Source: Candidatus Parcubacteria bacterium | Lineage (GTDB): Bacteria; Patescibacteriota; Patescibacteriia; UBA1558; GWA2-36-10 | Reading direction: 5' to 3' | DNA length: 64,000 bases | NCBI GenBank assembly: GCA_018669975.1 | Contig: JABHSK010000005.1 | Span: forward strand, 121,132-185,131 | In this document: in pieces, positions 48,425-58,392 of the stretch | How positions within the stretch are numbered: position 1 is the first letter of the stretch | How the letters are laid out: every line of letters starts with the position of its first letter | Position numbers and translations under genes: made by a program | The notes under the pieces: model-generated | What the model saw: only the letters and a program-made list of their open reading frames with translations | Databases searched by the model: none | Told to the model about the DNA's origin: nothing

Positions 48425-49836
48425 TGAAGATTTTGTTATTACAACCTATTGTGCCCGTTGAAATTCTTTGGGGAGAATATGTCAAAGGTGAGGGTTTTGT
48501 CCCACCAATTGGCCTGATTTGCATTGGCGGCTATTTGAAAGAAAAAAACTATGAAGTTAAAATAAAGGATTCGCAAGTTGATAAGATGACAGAAGAGGAT
48601 CTAGTTAAATATTTAGAAGAGAATCAGTTTGATGTTATCGGTATACCTACTTTTACTAATTCCGTGTCCTTTTCTTATAATACAGCTAAAATTTGCAAGA
48701 GAGTTTTACCAAATTGTAAAATTATTTTTGGGGGAGTGCATGGCACTATTATGCCAGAGAGGACTTTAAAAGAATGTCCAGAGGCAGATTTTATTGTTTT
48801 ACGTGAAGGAGAATATAGGTTAGAGGCCCTATTAAAATATTTTAAAGGTGAGATAGATGATTTAAAAGCGATAGAAGGAATTGCCTATCGTCAAGATGGT
48901 AAAACCATAGTGCAGCCAGCAGAAAAATTAGTAGATATAGATGAATTACCATTACCAGCTTATGATTTATTGGATATGTCTAAGTATGTTCCTCACCCAA
49001 CTCAATATAAAGTGTTACCTAATTATCCTTTAGTCATTCAAAGGGGTTGTCCCTATAACTGTGCTTTTTGTGATGCTTGGGCTGTGCATGGGCGTCAAAT
49101 ACGTCATCGTTCAGTAGATAATGTTATGAAAGAATTAACATTGCTTAAGGAAAAATATAATGCCAAAGGAGTCTATTTTCAAGACAGTACTTTTTTGATA
49201 AACAAAGTTTACATCAAAGAACTTCTAAATAGGATGATAGACGAAAAGCTAAATTTAACTTGGGCTTGTAACACCAGAGTTAATACAGTAGATAGAGAAA
49301 TTCTAGATTTAATGAAAAAAGCTGGTTGTTGGATGGTGGTCTATGGTATTGAATCTGGTAATCAAAAGTCGCTTGATCTAATGCGTAAACGAGTGACAGT
49401 AGAGCAAAATGAAGAGGCTGTTAGGATAACAGAGGATGCTGGTCTAGTAGCTTGCTGCTCTTATATTTTAGCTTTACCCGGTGAAGATTATGATGATGCA
49501 ATGAATACTATTAATTTTTCACTTAAGCTAAAAGGAACTGTTGGTATGTTTTATTTACCAGTTCCTTATCCAGGTACAGACTTGATTGATATTTGCAAAG
49601 AGCATGGTGGTTTACGAGAAGATGTTAAGTGGGAAGATTATAGTGCAGTAGACTTTTCTAATCCAGTTTACATTAATCCATTAATTGGTAAAGAGAAAAT
49701 GCAAAAGCTATTAGGTTTGGCTATGAGGAAGTATTATACTAGTCCAATTATTATATGGAAGAATTTAAAAACGATCCAAAATTTTACAGATGTTAAAAGA
49801 TATTTTAAAGCCTTTAGAGCGTTGTTTAATATCTAG
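48424..49836 (+). CDS. Cobalamin-dependent radical SAM protein (class B methyltransferase-like)
   Basis: PPIGL, GGVH, EGE, RGCPYNCAFC, GIESGNQ. Confidence 0.92.
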   Translation: MKILLLQPIVPVEILWGEYVKGEGFVPPIGLICIGGYLKEKNYEVKIKDSQVDKMTEEDLVKYLEENQFDVIGIPTFTNSVSFSYNTAKICKRVLPNCKIIFGGVHGTIMPERTLKECPEADFIVLREGEYRLEALLKYFKGEIDDLKAIEGIAYRQDGKTIVQPAEKLVDIDELPLPAYDLLDMSKYVPHPTQYKVLPNYPLVIQRGCPYNCAFCDAWAVHGRQIRHRSVDNVMKELTLLKEKYNAKGVYFQDSTFLINKVYIKELLNRMIDEKLNLTWACNTRVNTVDREILDLMKKAGCWMVVYGIESGNQKSLDLMRKRVTVEQNEEAVRITEDAGLVACCSYILALPGEDYDDAMNTINFSLKLKGTVGMFYLPVPYPGTDLIDICKEHGGLREDVKWEDYSAVDFSNPVYINPLIGKEKMQKLLGLAMRKYYTSPIIIWKNLKTIQNFTDVKRYFKAFRALFNI

Positions 49837-49897
49837 AATATTGATAAAAATAGAATTTTGTGTTCTAATAAGGACTACATAACGTTAAAATTTACTA

Positions 49898-50995
49898 ATG
49901 AAATTCCTATTCATAGCACCCAGATATCACATGAATTTGCACTATCGGCTGCAAGCTTTAACCAAAAACAGCCAAAAAGTGCATTTTTTAGCTATGTATA
50001 GGGGAAAATCAGAGGATTATAGTATTGTTGAACCGGAGATTTTAGGCTATTCTTGGTGCTTTAAAGTAATCAATAAATTATTTAATAAAAACAAAGGCCG
50101 TTTGATGAAAAACGATTTTGAGCTTCGTTATAGTCATCCAGGTTTTTTTAAATTATTCTGGAAGATCAAGCAAGCTAAGGCCGATGTTTTAGTGATTAAA
50201 AATATCCAAAGTATTATGTCTATTTTTGCTTTGGTGATTGGTCGTTTGATGAGAAAGAAAATTATTGTTTTGTTGCAGATAGATAAATATCGACCAAAAG
50301 CGAAGAGTTACTCTATTGATATGGTTGGAAAATTATTTGGTGCTAAGGTAGTTACACCTAGGTTAGGTGATAGACAATATAAAAATAAAAATAGGAATTT
50401 GTTTTATATTCCTTTTGCAGTTAATACAGATGATTTTAATAAAAGTTATTTTGTTGGAGATAAAATAAACATAATGTCTATTGGTAAATTACAAGAGAGA
50501 AAGGGGCATTTAGTTTTGGCGCAAGCCATTAATGTTTTAAAAAATAAATTTGATTTCAAGGTGACCATTATTGGTGAGGAAGATGAAGATGTTTATACTA
50601 GGCAATTGATGGATTATATTAAGGAGAATAATTTATCAGGTATTATTGATATAAAATTGAATTTATCACATCAACGAGTGACGGAAGAATACAAAAAGCA
50701 AGATTTATATATTTTACCTAGTTGGAGTGAGGCTGCTTCTATTACCATTGCGGAAGGCATGAGTTTTAAACTGCCAGTGATAAGTTCAGATGATAATGGT
50801 ACGCAGTGTTATGTAGAAGATGGGGTTAATGGTTATATATTTAAAAATAGAAACACAGATGATTTGATAGCTAAAATTGAAGCTATTGTAAGCGATAAGG
50901 ATAATTTACAGAAAATGGGTCAGGCTAGTTTTGATATAGCTAAAAGTAATCACAGTTTGGATAAGTTTTATGAAAGTTTTATGAAATTGATATGA
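49898..50995 (+). CDS. Glycosyltransferase family 4
   Basis: GKLQERKGH, PSWSEAASITIAEGM. Confidence 0.88.
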   Translation: MKFLFIAPRYHMNLHYRLQALTKNSQKVHFLAMYRGKSEDYSIVEPEILGYSWCFKVINKLFNKNKGRLMKNDFELRYSHPGFFKLFWKIKQAKADVLVIKNIQSIMSIFALVIGRLMRKKIIVLLQIDKYRPKAKSYSIDMVGKLFGAKVVTPRLGDRQYKNKNRNLFYIPFAVNTDDFNKSYFVGDKINIMSIGKLQERKGHLVLAQAINVLKNKFDFKVTIIGEEDEDVYTRQLMDYIKENNLSGIIDIKLNLSHQRVTEEYKKQDLYILPSWSEAASITIAEGMSFKLPVISSDDNGTQCYVEDGVNGYIFKNRNTDDLIAKIEAIVSDKDNLQKMGQASFDIAKSNHSLDKFYESFMKLI

Positions 50996-51903
50996 GCCTA
51001 GGTTTTAGTAAAAAATTAATAGATTCTTTGGTTTGTCAGCAAGACGGAGCTCCTCTGGTGGTTCTTGAGATTCAGCAAGAAAATGAGTTTGTTATTTTTT
51101 CTGCTAAGCTAAAATGTCAGCAGTGTGATAAAATTTATAATATACAGCAAGGCATTTTAAATTGTTTGCTTGAACAGGGAAAAATGAAACAGTTAATGCA
51201 AGATGAGGTAGAGGCTCGTGATAAAGAGGCAGAACAATATGATCAAAGATTGTCGGTCAGATACCATAAAGAAATTCCATCTACCATGAAAACAATCGGC
51301 AACTTGTCAGGGCGTAAAGTGTTAGAATATGGTTGTGGTACGGGTAGGCTAACGACAGTAATAGCACCAGAGTGCAGAGCTGTTTTAGCTACTGATTTTT
51401 CGCTAATTTCATTGCAAATATTAGCTAAAAAGTTAGATAATTATAAAAACGTTGGTTTGGTGTTGTCTAATGCTGTGCAATTCAAAGCTAAATCAAAATA
51501 TTTTGATTTAGCCACTTCTTTTCAGTTTTTAGAACATGTGCCAAGCAAAGAGCAAAGACTGACCTGGTTAGGTCTAGTTAAGAAAACACTTAAGAGTTCC
51601 GGAGAATTTGTTAGCACTGTTTATCATTATGACTGGAGAAAACAAAAAGATAATCAAAATCGAGAAGGGAAACACGGTTCAGGTATATTTTTTCACTATT
51701 TTACCCAAGAAGAGTTAGCTAATGAAGTAACAGGATATTTTCAAGTACAAGATTTACACCCGATAGATATTACCTTGCCGTTAGAAGCCAAATTAAAATT
51801 ACCAGCAAAAATCGCTGGTCAACTATCAAGGGTTTTTGAAAAAATATCAATAGCTAATAAGTTTGGGCACCTCTTGATTGTTAAAGCAATAAAAAATAAA
51901 TGA
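50992..51903 (+). CDS. SAM-dependent methyltransferase with Trm112-like N-terminal domain
   Basis: LVCQQD...LKCQQC..YNIQQGI followed by VLEYGCGTGR, FLEH. Confidence 0.82.
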   Translation: MSLGFSKKLIDSLVCQQDGAPLVVLEIQQENEFVIFSAKLKCQQCDKIYNIQQGILNCLLEQGKMKQLMQDEVEARDKEAEQYDQRLSVRYHKEIPSTMKTIGNLSGRKVLEYGCGTGRLTTVIAPECRAVLATDFSLISLQILAKKLDNYKNVGLVLSNAVQFKAKSKYFDLATSFQFLEHVPSKEQRLTWLGLVKKTLKSSGEFVSTVYHYDWRKQKDNQNREGKHGSGIFFHYFTQEELANEVTGYFQVQDLHPIDITLPLEAKLKLPAKIAGQLSRVFEKISIANKFGHLLIVKAIKNK

Positions 51904-52652
51904 ATCAATCAAAAGAAGAAATAAAACAATATTCCTACGGATTTATATTTCCTTTTCTATTAAAGAAATATTGGTTTTGGTTTACCAGGCCTCTTGATGT
52001 AGCTGGAGCCGCCATGGTCAATTTCTTTTCTTATGAAAAATATGATATTCCAGGGTTCAAACGTACAGATGGTTTAACTACAGTGATAGACCTGAATCAG
52101 GGTTTGGAAGAAATTTGGTTAGAAACTAGGAAGAAATTTATTAGAAAACAAATTAAGAGAGGCGAACGCAATGGGATTTTAGTTAAACAGGATCCTAATT
52201 TTGGAGAGTTTAAAAAAATATACGAAGTTTTTAGAAAGAATAGCCAATTACCAAGGGATAATATTAGTGTTTACAAAAAAAATACTATTTTATTGGCAGC
52301 TTACCATCAAGGAAAAATGATTGCTGGTGGAATTTTTATTTCCAACGGTATTTATTATCGTGCTTTGGTTTTAGCTTCTTTGCATAAGGTCAGCGGTAAT
52401 CGTAGCCGAGAAATAATTGGGCAAGCTAACCGTATGATTATTTGGGAGGCTATTAAAAATGCTAAACAAACAAAACATAAGCTTTTTGATTTAGGGGGGA
52501 TTTCTCCTGACTCCAGTAACAAACACCTAGTTTCTTTAGCGGAATTCAAAGAAGCCTTTGGTGGTCAACGCCAAGCCTGTTATTATTATTTTAAAATTTA
52601 TTCTCCTTTGATAAAAATGTGGATGAGGTTTAGGGGATTTAAAAATATTTAG
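51900..52652 (+). CDS. GNAT/FemAB-like acyltransferase
   Basis: TTVIDL..GLEEIW, IWEAIKNAK...FDLGG, FKEAFGG. Confidence 0.8.
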   Translation: MNQSKEEIKQYSYGFIFPFLLKKYWFWFTRPLDVAGAAMVNFFSYEKYDIPGFKRTDGLTTVIDLNQGLEEIWLETRKKFIRKQIKRGERNGILVKQDPNFGEFKKIYEVFRKNSQLPRDNISVYKKNTILLAAYHQGKMIAGGIFISNGIYYRALVLASLHKVSGNRSREIIGQANRMIIWEAIKNAKQTKHKLFDLGGISPDSSNKHLVSLAEFKEAFGGQRQACYYYFKIYSPLIKMWMRFRGFKNI

Positions 52653-52655
52653 TTT

Positions 52656-53633
52656 ATGAAATTTATTATTACCGTAGATACAGAGGCTGACAATGAGTGG
52701 CAGCGCTTAGATAAAATTAAAGTAGAAAATATTAAGTTTCTACCTCGTTTTCAAGCACTGTGCGAAAAATATGAGTTTAAACCTACTTATTTATTGACCT
52801 ATGATGTAGCGAGCGACAAGGAGTCTGTGTCAATTTTAAAGCCTTGGCAAGACAGCGGACAGGCTGAAATAGGGGCTCATTTGCATCCCTGGTCTAATCC
52901 ACCGATGACCAAAGAAAGGAGTTGGGAGACGAAACATCACCGATTTCCGCATGATTTAAGTGAGGATGAATTAAAGTCTAAAATGGAGACCTTGACTAAC
53001 GTCATTAAAGATAATTTTCAAATTATGCCTAAAAGTTTTCGAGCTGGACGTTGGGGCTTTGATAAGCGGGTAGCTAAAGAGATTACCCGATTAAATTATT
53101 TAGTTGATTGTTCAATCACACCCAAGATAGATTGGACTAGAACCAAAGGGGATCCAAATGGTCAGGGTGGAAAAAATTTCAAGCATTATCAGGTGGCACC
53201 ATATTTTTTAGATATTGATAATATTTCTAAGGTGGGTAAAAATAATTTATTAGAAGTGCCAATGACTGTTTTATTTACCTTGCTTTTTAAAAAGGAAGAT
53301 ACATCATTGAGTAATTTTTTTCTAGGTTTACCAGATAGTTTTTTCAAGAAAGTAATTAACAAATTATTTTTTGGACAAAAATGGTTGAGGGTTTTTCCTA
53401 ATTCCAAAATGAAAGATTGGCAAAGAATTTATGAGTCTGCCAAGAAAAATAATTTACCAGTGATGGAATTCATGATTCATTCTAGTGAATTAATGCCAGG
53501 TGGTAGTCCCTATGCCAAAGATCATCAGTCGGTCGAGTTTGTTTATCAGCAAATAGAGGATTTGTTCAAATTTTTGAAGAAGCAGGGCTTACAGGGGAGA
53601 ACCTTAAGTGAATTTTATTATGATTTTAAATAA
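52656..53633 (+). CDS. Polysaccharide deacetylase family protein (WalW-like)
   Basis: TVDTEAD, EIGAHLHPW..PP, SFRAGRW, HSSELMPG.SPY. Confidence 0.85.
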   Translation: MKFIITVDTEADNEWQRLDKIKVENIKFLPRFQALCEKYEFKPTYLLTYDVASDKESVSILKPWQDSGQAEIGAHLHPWSNPPMTKERSWETKHHRFPHDLSEDELKSKMETLTNVIKDNFQIMPKSFRAGRWGFDKRVAKEITRLNYLVDCSITPKIDWTRTKGDPNGQGGKNFKHYQVAPYFLDIDNISKVGKNNLLEVPMTVLFTLLFKKEDTSLSNFFLGLPDSFFKKVINKLFFGQKWLRVFPNSKMKDWQRIYESAKKNNLPVMEFMIHSSELMPGGSPYAKDHQSVEFVYQQIEDLFKFLKKQGLQGRTLSEFYYDFK

Positions 53634-53634
53634 T

Positions 53635-54309
53635 ATGAGAGACAAACTTAGAAAATTTATCAAAGACAATAGAGGGATTAGTAAATTTTTGTTAGCTAAG
53701 TTTATCAAATTGCATAATTATTCTTACCATAAAATTTCTGAGTATGCAGGCTACCTTAATAACGATATTCATCCCAAACATGACATTATAAAATACCACC
53801 AATTTTATGTAGATAATTTGTCAGCTGATGATATTGTATTAGATCTTGGTTGTGGTAATGGATTCCTAAGTTACGACATGGCTAAGAAAGCCAAGGAAGT
53901 TGTTGGTATTGAGATTAAGGATTATAATATTAAATATGCTAAAGAACATTATCAGCGTGATAATTTAAAATTTATAGTTGCTGATGCTACAGAGTATGAG
54001 TGGCAAAAAAAGTTTGATAAAATTGCCCTGTCTAATGTTTTAGAGCATATAGAGGATAGAATTACTTTTCTTAAGAAAATAAAAAAGATTAGTGATACTA
54101 TTATATTACGGGTACCGATGATAAATAGGGAGTGGTTAGCTGTTTATAAAAAAGAGAATGGCTTTGAATACAAATTAGATAATACACATTATATAGAGTA
54201 TACTCTAGATTCACTGCAGACTGAGTTAAAACAGGCTGGTTGGCAGATTGAGTCCTATCAAGTTAATTGGGGCGAATTTTGGGGTGTTTTAAAGGTAAAA
54301 AATGACTAA
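53635..54309 (+). CDS. Class I SAM-dependent methyltransferase
   Basis: VLDLGCGNG, ADA, SNVLEHIED. Confidence 0.9.
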   Translation: MRDKLRKFIKDNRGISKFLLAKFIKLHNYSYHKISEYAGYLNNDIHPKHDIIKYHQFYVDNLSADDIVLDLGCGNGFLSYDMAKKAKEVVGIEIKDYNIKYAKEHYQRDNLKFIVADATEYEWQKKFDKIALSNVLEHIEDRITFLKKIKKISDTIILRVPMINREWLAVYKKENGFEYKLDNTHYIEYTLDSLQTELKQAGWQIESYQVNWGEFWGVLKVKND

Positions 54310-55411
54310 ACAGAATCGAAAAAAAGTATTATTTTTGGTAAATAGTCTACAAATTGGTGGGGCAGAAAATGCTTTTGTGAAGCAGGCTAATTACTTTTCT
54401 AAACAGGGCATCAAGGTTTATTTTGGTGTTTTGTCTACGAGTAATAAAAAGAATTTTCAAGATCAATTGCAGGTTAAAATTAGAGATTTTGGCTTTCAAG
54501 GCATTTTTGATGTTCAGGCTTATCAAAAATTAAAAGCATATATCAAGAAGCATGATATTGATATTGTTTATTCTACTCTAGACAATGCTAATATTGTTGC
54601 TCGTGTAGCTAAGTTGTTTTGCCCAGGTTTATTTGTAGTTATCAGAGAATCGGGCATGGCCAATAGGAAGTCTTGGAAGATTAAATTGAGCGATCTTATT
54701 TTGAATTTTTTAGCTAACAAGGTAATCGCTGTTTCTAGCCACGTTAAAGATAGCCTCAAGGCTTATCAATTTTTGCATAGTGGACGGATAGTGGTCCTAG
54801 CTAATGGTATAGAGGTTTTTTCTGGTCAAAAAGAGTTAGCATTGAAGTTTGATCAGCACAAAGAGAGCTTTGATATGCTCAATGTTGGCTCTATGAAAAA
54901 TAATAACAAAGGTCAGGGTAACTTGATAAAAATATTACGACAGTTAAGACAGGAGCAGCCAAAGTTAAATATTAGATTAATATTAGTTGGCGATGGCAAG
55001 CTTAGACAAGACTTTCAAGATTTAGTTGAAAAATATAAACTTAATAAATACGTTATTTTTACTGGTATGCTGGATAAAGAAAAATTAAATCATTTTTATT
55101 CTGCAGCTGATATTTTTATTCTTAACTCAAACAATGAAGGTTGTCCAAATGTTGTTTTGGAGGCCATGTCGTTTGGATTACCGGTTATTTCTACTAAAGT
55201 TGGTGGTACTACTGAGATGATTGACGAAGGTGAGTCTGGTTATTTAGTTAATTCCGGAGATCATGATACAATAAAAACTAGAATACTCGATCTGTACAAT
55301 GACAAAGCATTGCGACAAAGTATGGGTCAGCAGTCAATTGATAGGGTGTCTAAACGTTTTTTATTTGATGGACAGATGAAAAAATTAATTAATATTTTAG
55401 GTTTAAAATAA
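54302..55411 (+). CDS. Glycosyltransferase family 4
   Basis: GGAE, NGI, KGQ, SNNEGCPNVVLEAM. Confidence 0.92.
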   Translation: MTKQNRKKVLFLVNSLQIGGAENAFVKQANYFSKQGIKVYFGVLSTSNKKNFQDQLQVKIRDFGFQGIFDVQAYQKLKAYIKKHDIDIVYSTLDNANIVARVAKLFCPGLFVVIRESGMANRKSWKIKLSDLILNFLANKVIAVSSHVKDSLKAYQFLHSGRIVVLANGIEVFSGQKELALKFDQHKESFDMLNVGSMKNNNKGQGNLIKILRQLRQEQPKLNIRLILVGDGKLRQDFQDLVEKYKLNKYVIFTGMLDKEKLNHFYSAADIFILNSNNEGCPNVVLEAMSFGLPVISTKVGGTTEMIDEGESGYLVNSGDHDTIKTRILDLYNDKALRQSMGQQSIDRVSKRFLFDGQMKKLINILGLK

Positions 55412-55412
55412 A

Positions 55413-56201
55413 ATGAATTTTAATGAATTTAGAACTAAGGCTCAAGCGGGCAAAGAAGGTAAGATAAAATCTAGTAGCATCATGTATAGGTGGCAGCGTT
55501 ATCTTTCTATTCGTATTTCATGGCTATTAATAAAAGTATTTCCTAAGATTAGAGCCAATCATGTTTCTTTATTTAATATTTTATTCTTGTTAGCTATATT
55601 TTTATTTAGCTTTTTTGCTTTAAAAGTAGGGGTTATAATGACCGTGTTTATCCAGCTGATTTTACTTAACTTTACTTCTGTATTAGATAAAATCGATGGC
55701 GAAATAGCTCGACATCAAGAGTATTTTACTCAACGTGGAGTTTATTATGATTTAGTTTATCATTTTTTCTATACGTTTGTATTTTATTTTGTAGTTGGTT
55801 TTTATTTCTTTCTTAATACAGCCAATATATTTATTTGGTTGCCGACATTATTTTTAGCTATCATTGCTACCAACCACAAAATGTTAGGTAAACTACGACA
55901 TCATGTGGGTTACAAGGTGTTGTTAGAACATCATGGTCAAATTATTAAAGATTTTGTTCCAGAGAGAGTTAAGCCAAAAAGAAAAGCAAGACTTTGGCGA
56001 GTCTTGGGTTATCTTATTTTTATGATGTATGACTGGACCTGGACTTTTTATTTTTTATTGATTGTTCTGTCTTATTTCCATTTTTCTCTAGCAGCCTTCT
56101 TATTCTTTGTTCACGTCATCGTATCTATAATAATGTTTTTATATCAGATATTGTCTTCTTTTCCAAAAAAAGGTTTATATACTAGAGATGAATTGAATTA
56201 A
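55413..56201 (+). CDS. CDP-alcohol phosphotransferase family protein
   Basis: ANHVS, LDKIDGEIAR...GVYYD; multi-TM. Confidence 0.8.
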   Translation: MNFNEFRTKAQAGKEGKIKSSSIMYRWQRYLSIRISWLLIKVFPKIRANHVSLFNILFLLAIFLFSFFALKVGVIMTVFIQLILLNFTSVLDKIDGEIARHQEYFTQRGVYYDLVYHFFYTFVFYFVVGFYFFLNTANIFIWLPTLFLAIIATNHKMLGKLRHHVGYKVLLEHHGQIIKDFVPERVKPKRKARLWRVLGYLIFMMYDWTWTFYFLLIVLSYFHFSLAAFLFFVHVIVSIIMFLYQILSSFPKKGLYTRDELN

Positions 56202-57454
56202 GAGAAAGCTTTTTTATAGTAAGTGCGGTAGAGAGCGAATAACACAGCCTCTGAAATTATCGTACCAATAATCATTCCCCATAAACCATAAAATTTTAGA
56301 GCTACAAATAATATAACAATTCTAAAGATAGGGCTTATTATTCTAATCGAATAGAGCTCTTTTTGTTTCATTTTAGCTACTAGTACTGTAGATAAAAAAG
56401 TTCTAGGAAAGAATAGTAGAGTTAATACATAGACTTGGGAATATCGTGCAGACTCTATATATTGCGGGAATACAAATTTGTATAGCAATGGTGCCAAGGC
56501 AGCATAAAGTATGATGATAAGGATAACTACTATTTCTAATTTTCTTACCTTTTGTAAAAAAGAATCTTTAATATCTTTTTCGTCTACTTCACTTAGCTTT
56601 GGCAGAGCTAGTGACTTGAGATTCAGCAATACACTTTTGATTTGACTGACTGGTGCGGTAGTAAAAGCATAGATAGCTAATTGAGCAGCACCTAAGTAAT
56701 GGAAAATTAATATTTTATCTACCTGTCCAGCGATAGTCTTCAGTAATTCCATGGCACTTAGATTGAGGCCATAGGAGACTGTTTTAGGATCGTTATCTTT
56801 ATTGAGTGGATGTTTTTTGATATACACCCAAGTAAAGATGAATTGCATGATACTGTCAGGGATCAGAAAGGCTGCTAGTATAAAGAATATGTTATCAGTA
56901 AAAAATAGTGTGCTCAGCATAACGAGGCTGGCAACGATGCGTACCAGGCTATTGTAGGTAGCAGATAGCTTAAAGTCTTTACGACCGTTTAAAACAGCTA
57001 TATATAGGCCAGAAGCCCTTAGTAATGGCAGGAAAACAGCTACCATTACAAAAGATATGGTTAATGTTAGATTAGCACCCATATAATAATAAGATGCAAT
57101 ACCTAAACTACCTAAACTGGCCAATAGGGACCAGCGTAGTTTAGCTACGAAACTAGGCCAATAAACAGCCTCATATTTCCTAGCTACAGCTTGAATAACA
57201 GCCGTATTGATGCCACTCAAGGTAAAAACATTCAACACACCCACCAAAGATAATACGTATCTATAGGTACCGTAGGTTTCTTTAGGGAGTAGATTAGCAA
57301 AAGCGATGGCTAATAAAAAAGCAGCCCCAGAAGAAATAAATTGTCCTAGAGTCAACCAAAAACCACCCTTGGCTAGATAGACCATGTCGGTCTTTGTGTA
57401 TTCCTCACTTTTACGTAGCAAGTGATAAATTTTGTTTTGTAGTTTATCAAGCAT
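56198..57454 (-). CDS. wzx: Oligosaccharide flippase (Wzx/MOP family)
   Basis: About 12 TM; ANLLPKETYGTY, QVDKILIFHYLGAAQLAIY. Confidence 0.85.
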   Translation of the reverse strand: MLDKLQNKIYHLLRKSEEYTKTDMVYLAKGGFWLTLGQFISSGAAFLLAIAFANLLPKETYGTYRYVLSLVGVLNVFTLSGINTAVIQAVARKYEAVYWPSFVAKLRWSLLASLGSLGIASYYYMGANLTLTISFVMVAVFLPLLRASGLYIAVLNGRKDFKLSATYNSLVRIVASLVMLSTLFFTDNIFFILAAFLIPDSIMQFIFTWVYIKKHPLNKDNDPKTVSYGLNLSAMELLKTIAGQVDKILIFHYLGAAQLAIYAFTTAPVSQIKSVLLNLKSLALPKLSEVDEKDIKDSFLQKVRKLEIVVILIIILYAALAPLLYKFVFPQYIESARYSQVYVLTLLFFPRTFLSTVLVAKMKQKELYSIRIISPIFRIVILFVALKFYGLWGMIIGTIISEAVLFALYRTYYKKAFS

Positions 57455-58391
57455 TATCTTTTATCCAAGTGATTGTTTGTCGAAGTCCTCCCTCAAAATC
57501 TATACCTGGTTGGTATCCTAATAATTCAGTAGCTTTACTGATATCGGCTAGTGAGTGTTTAATGTCACCTTGTCGTGGTTCAGAAAATTTGCTAGTGATA
57601 TTTTTTCCTAAAATTTTATTAATAGTAGCTACTAATTCATTTAGCGTATATGCTTTACCACAGGCAATATTAATAGCTTCGCCATGTCCAGCTTTATCAG
57701 AATGCATAGCTAGGATATTAGCTTCAACATTATTTTTTACAAAAGTAAAATCACGACTGTGTTCACCGTCACCAAAAATAGTTGGTGATTCATCTTTTAG
57801 TATAGCTTTTATAAAGAGAGGAATGACAGCAGCATAATCTGATTGCGGATCTTGATTTGGACCAAAGACATTAAAGTATCTTAGGGAGACTGTTTCTAAT
57901 CCGTATAGATTGTAAAATACCTTGCAATAATATTCACCCATCAGTTTGGCGATTGCATAAGGAGAAAGTGGATCATTTTGTAAATCTTCTGATTTATATT
58001 CTTCTTTAGCATCACCATAGACTGATGATGATGAAGCATAGACGACTCTTTTGACTTTAGCATCTCTGGCAGCCTGTAAAATATTTAATATGCCAGTAGC
58101 ATTATTAAAGTGGCTATCCATTGGGGATTCAATTGATCTAGGTACTGACGGCAGAGCTGCTTGATGCAATACAAAATCTACATCAGCAAATTCTTGTTGT
58201 AGTAGTTTAGTGTCATTAATGTCGCCCTCAATAAACTTTATTTTATCTTTGATGGAATCTAGATTGATCAAGCGTCCAGTGCTGAGGTTGTCTAGCACCT
58301 TGACGTTATAGTCTCTGGCCAGTAATTCGCTGGCGATATTAGACCCAATAAAACCGGCACCACCGGTTATTAATACAGTTTGTTTAGCCAT
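57447..58391 (-). CDS. UDP-GlcNAc/UDP-glucose 4-epimerase (WbpP-like SDR)
   Basis: TGGAGFIGS, HQAALPSVPRS, SPYAIAK, LRYFNVFGP, YAAVIP. Confidence 0.92.
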   Translation of the reverse strand: MAKQTVLITGGAGFIGSNIASELLARDYNVKVLDNLSTGRLINLDSIKDKIKFIEGDINDTKLLQQEFADVDFVLHQAALPSVPRSIESPMDSHFNNATGILNILQAARDAKVKRVVYASSSSVYGDAKEEYKSEDLQNDPLSPYAIAKLMGEYYCKVFYNLYGLETVSLRYFNVFGPNQDPQSDYAAVIPLFIKAILKDESPTIFGDGEHSRDFTFVKNNVEANILAMHSDKAGHGEAINIACGKAYTLNELVATINKILGKNITSKFSEPRQGDIKHSLADISKATELLGYQPGIDFEGGLRQTITWIKDNA

Positions 58392-58392
58392 T

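Noticed and set aside
57394-57837. 147-aa plus-strand ORF
   Set aside because: Antisense to the clearly identified epimerase and flippase.
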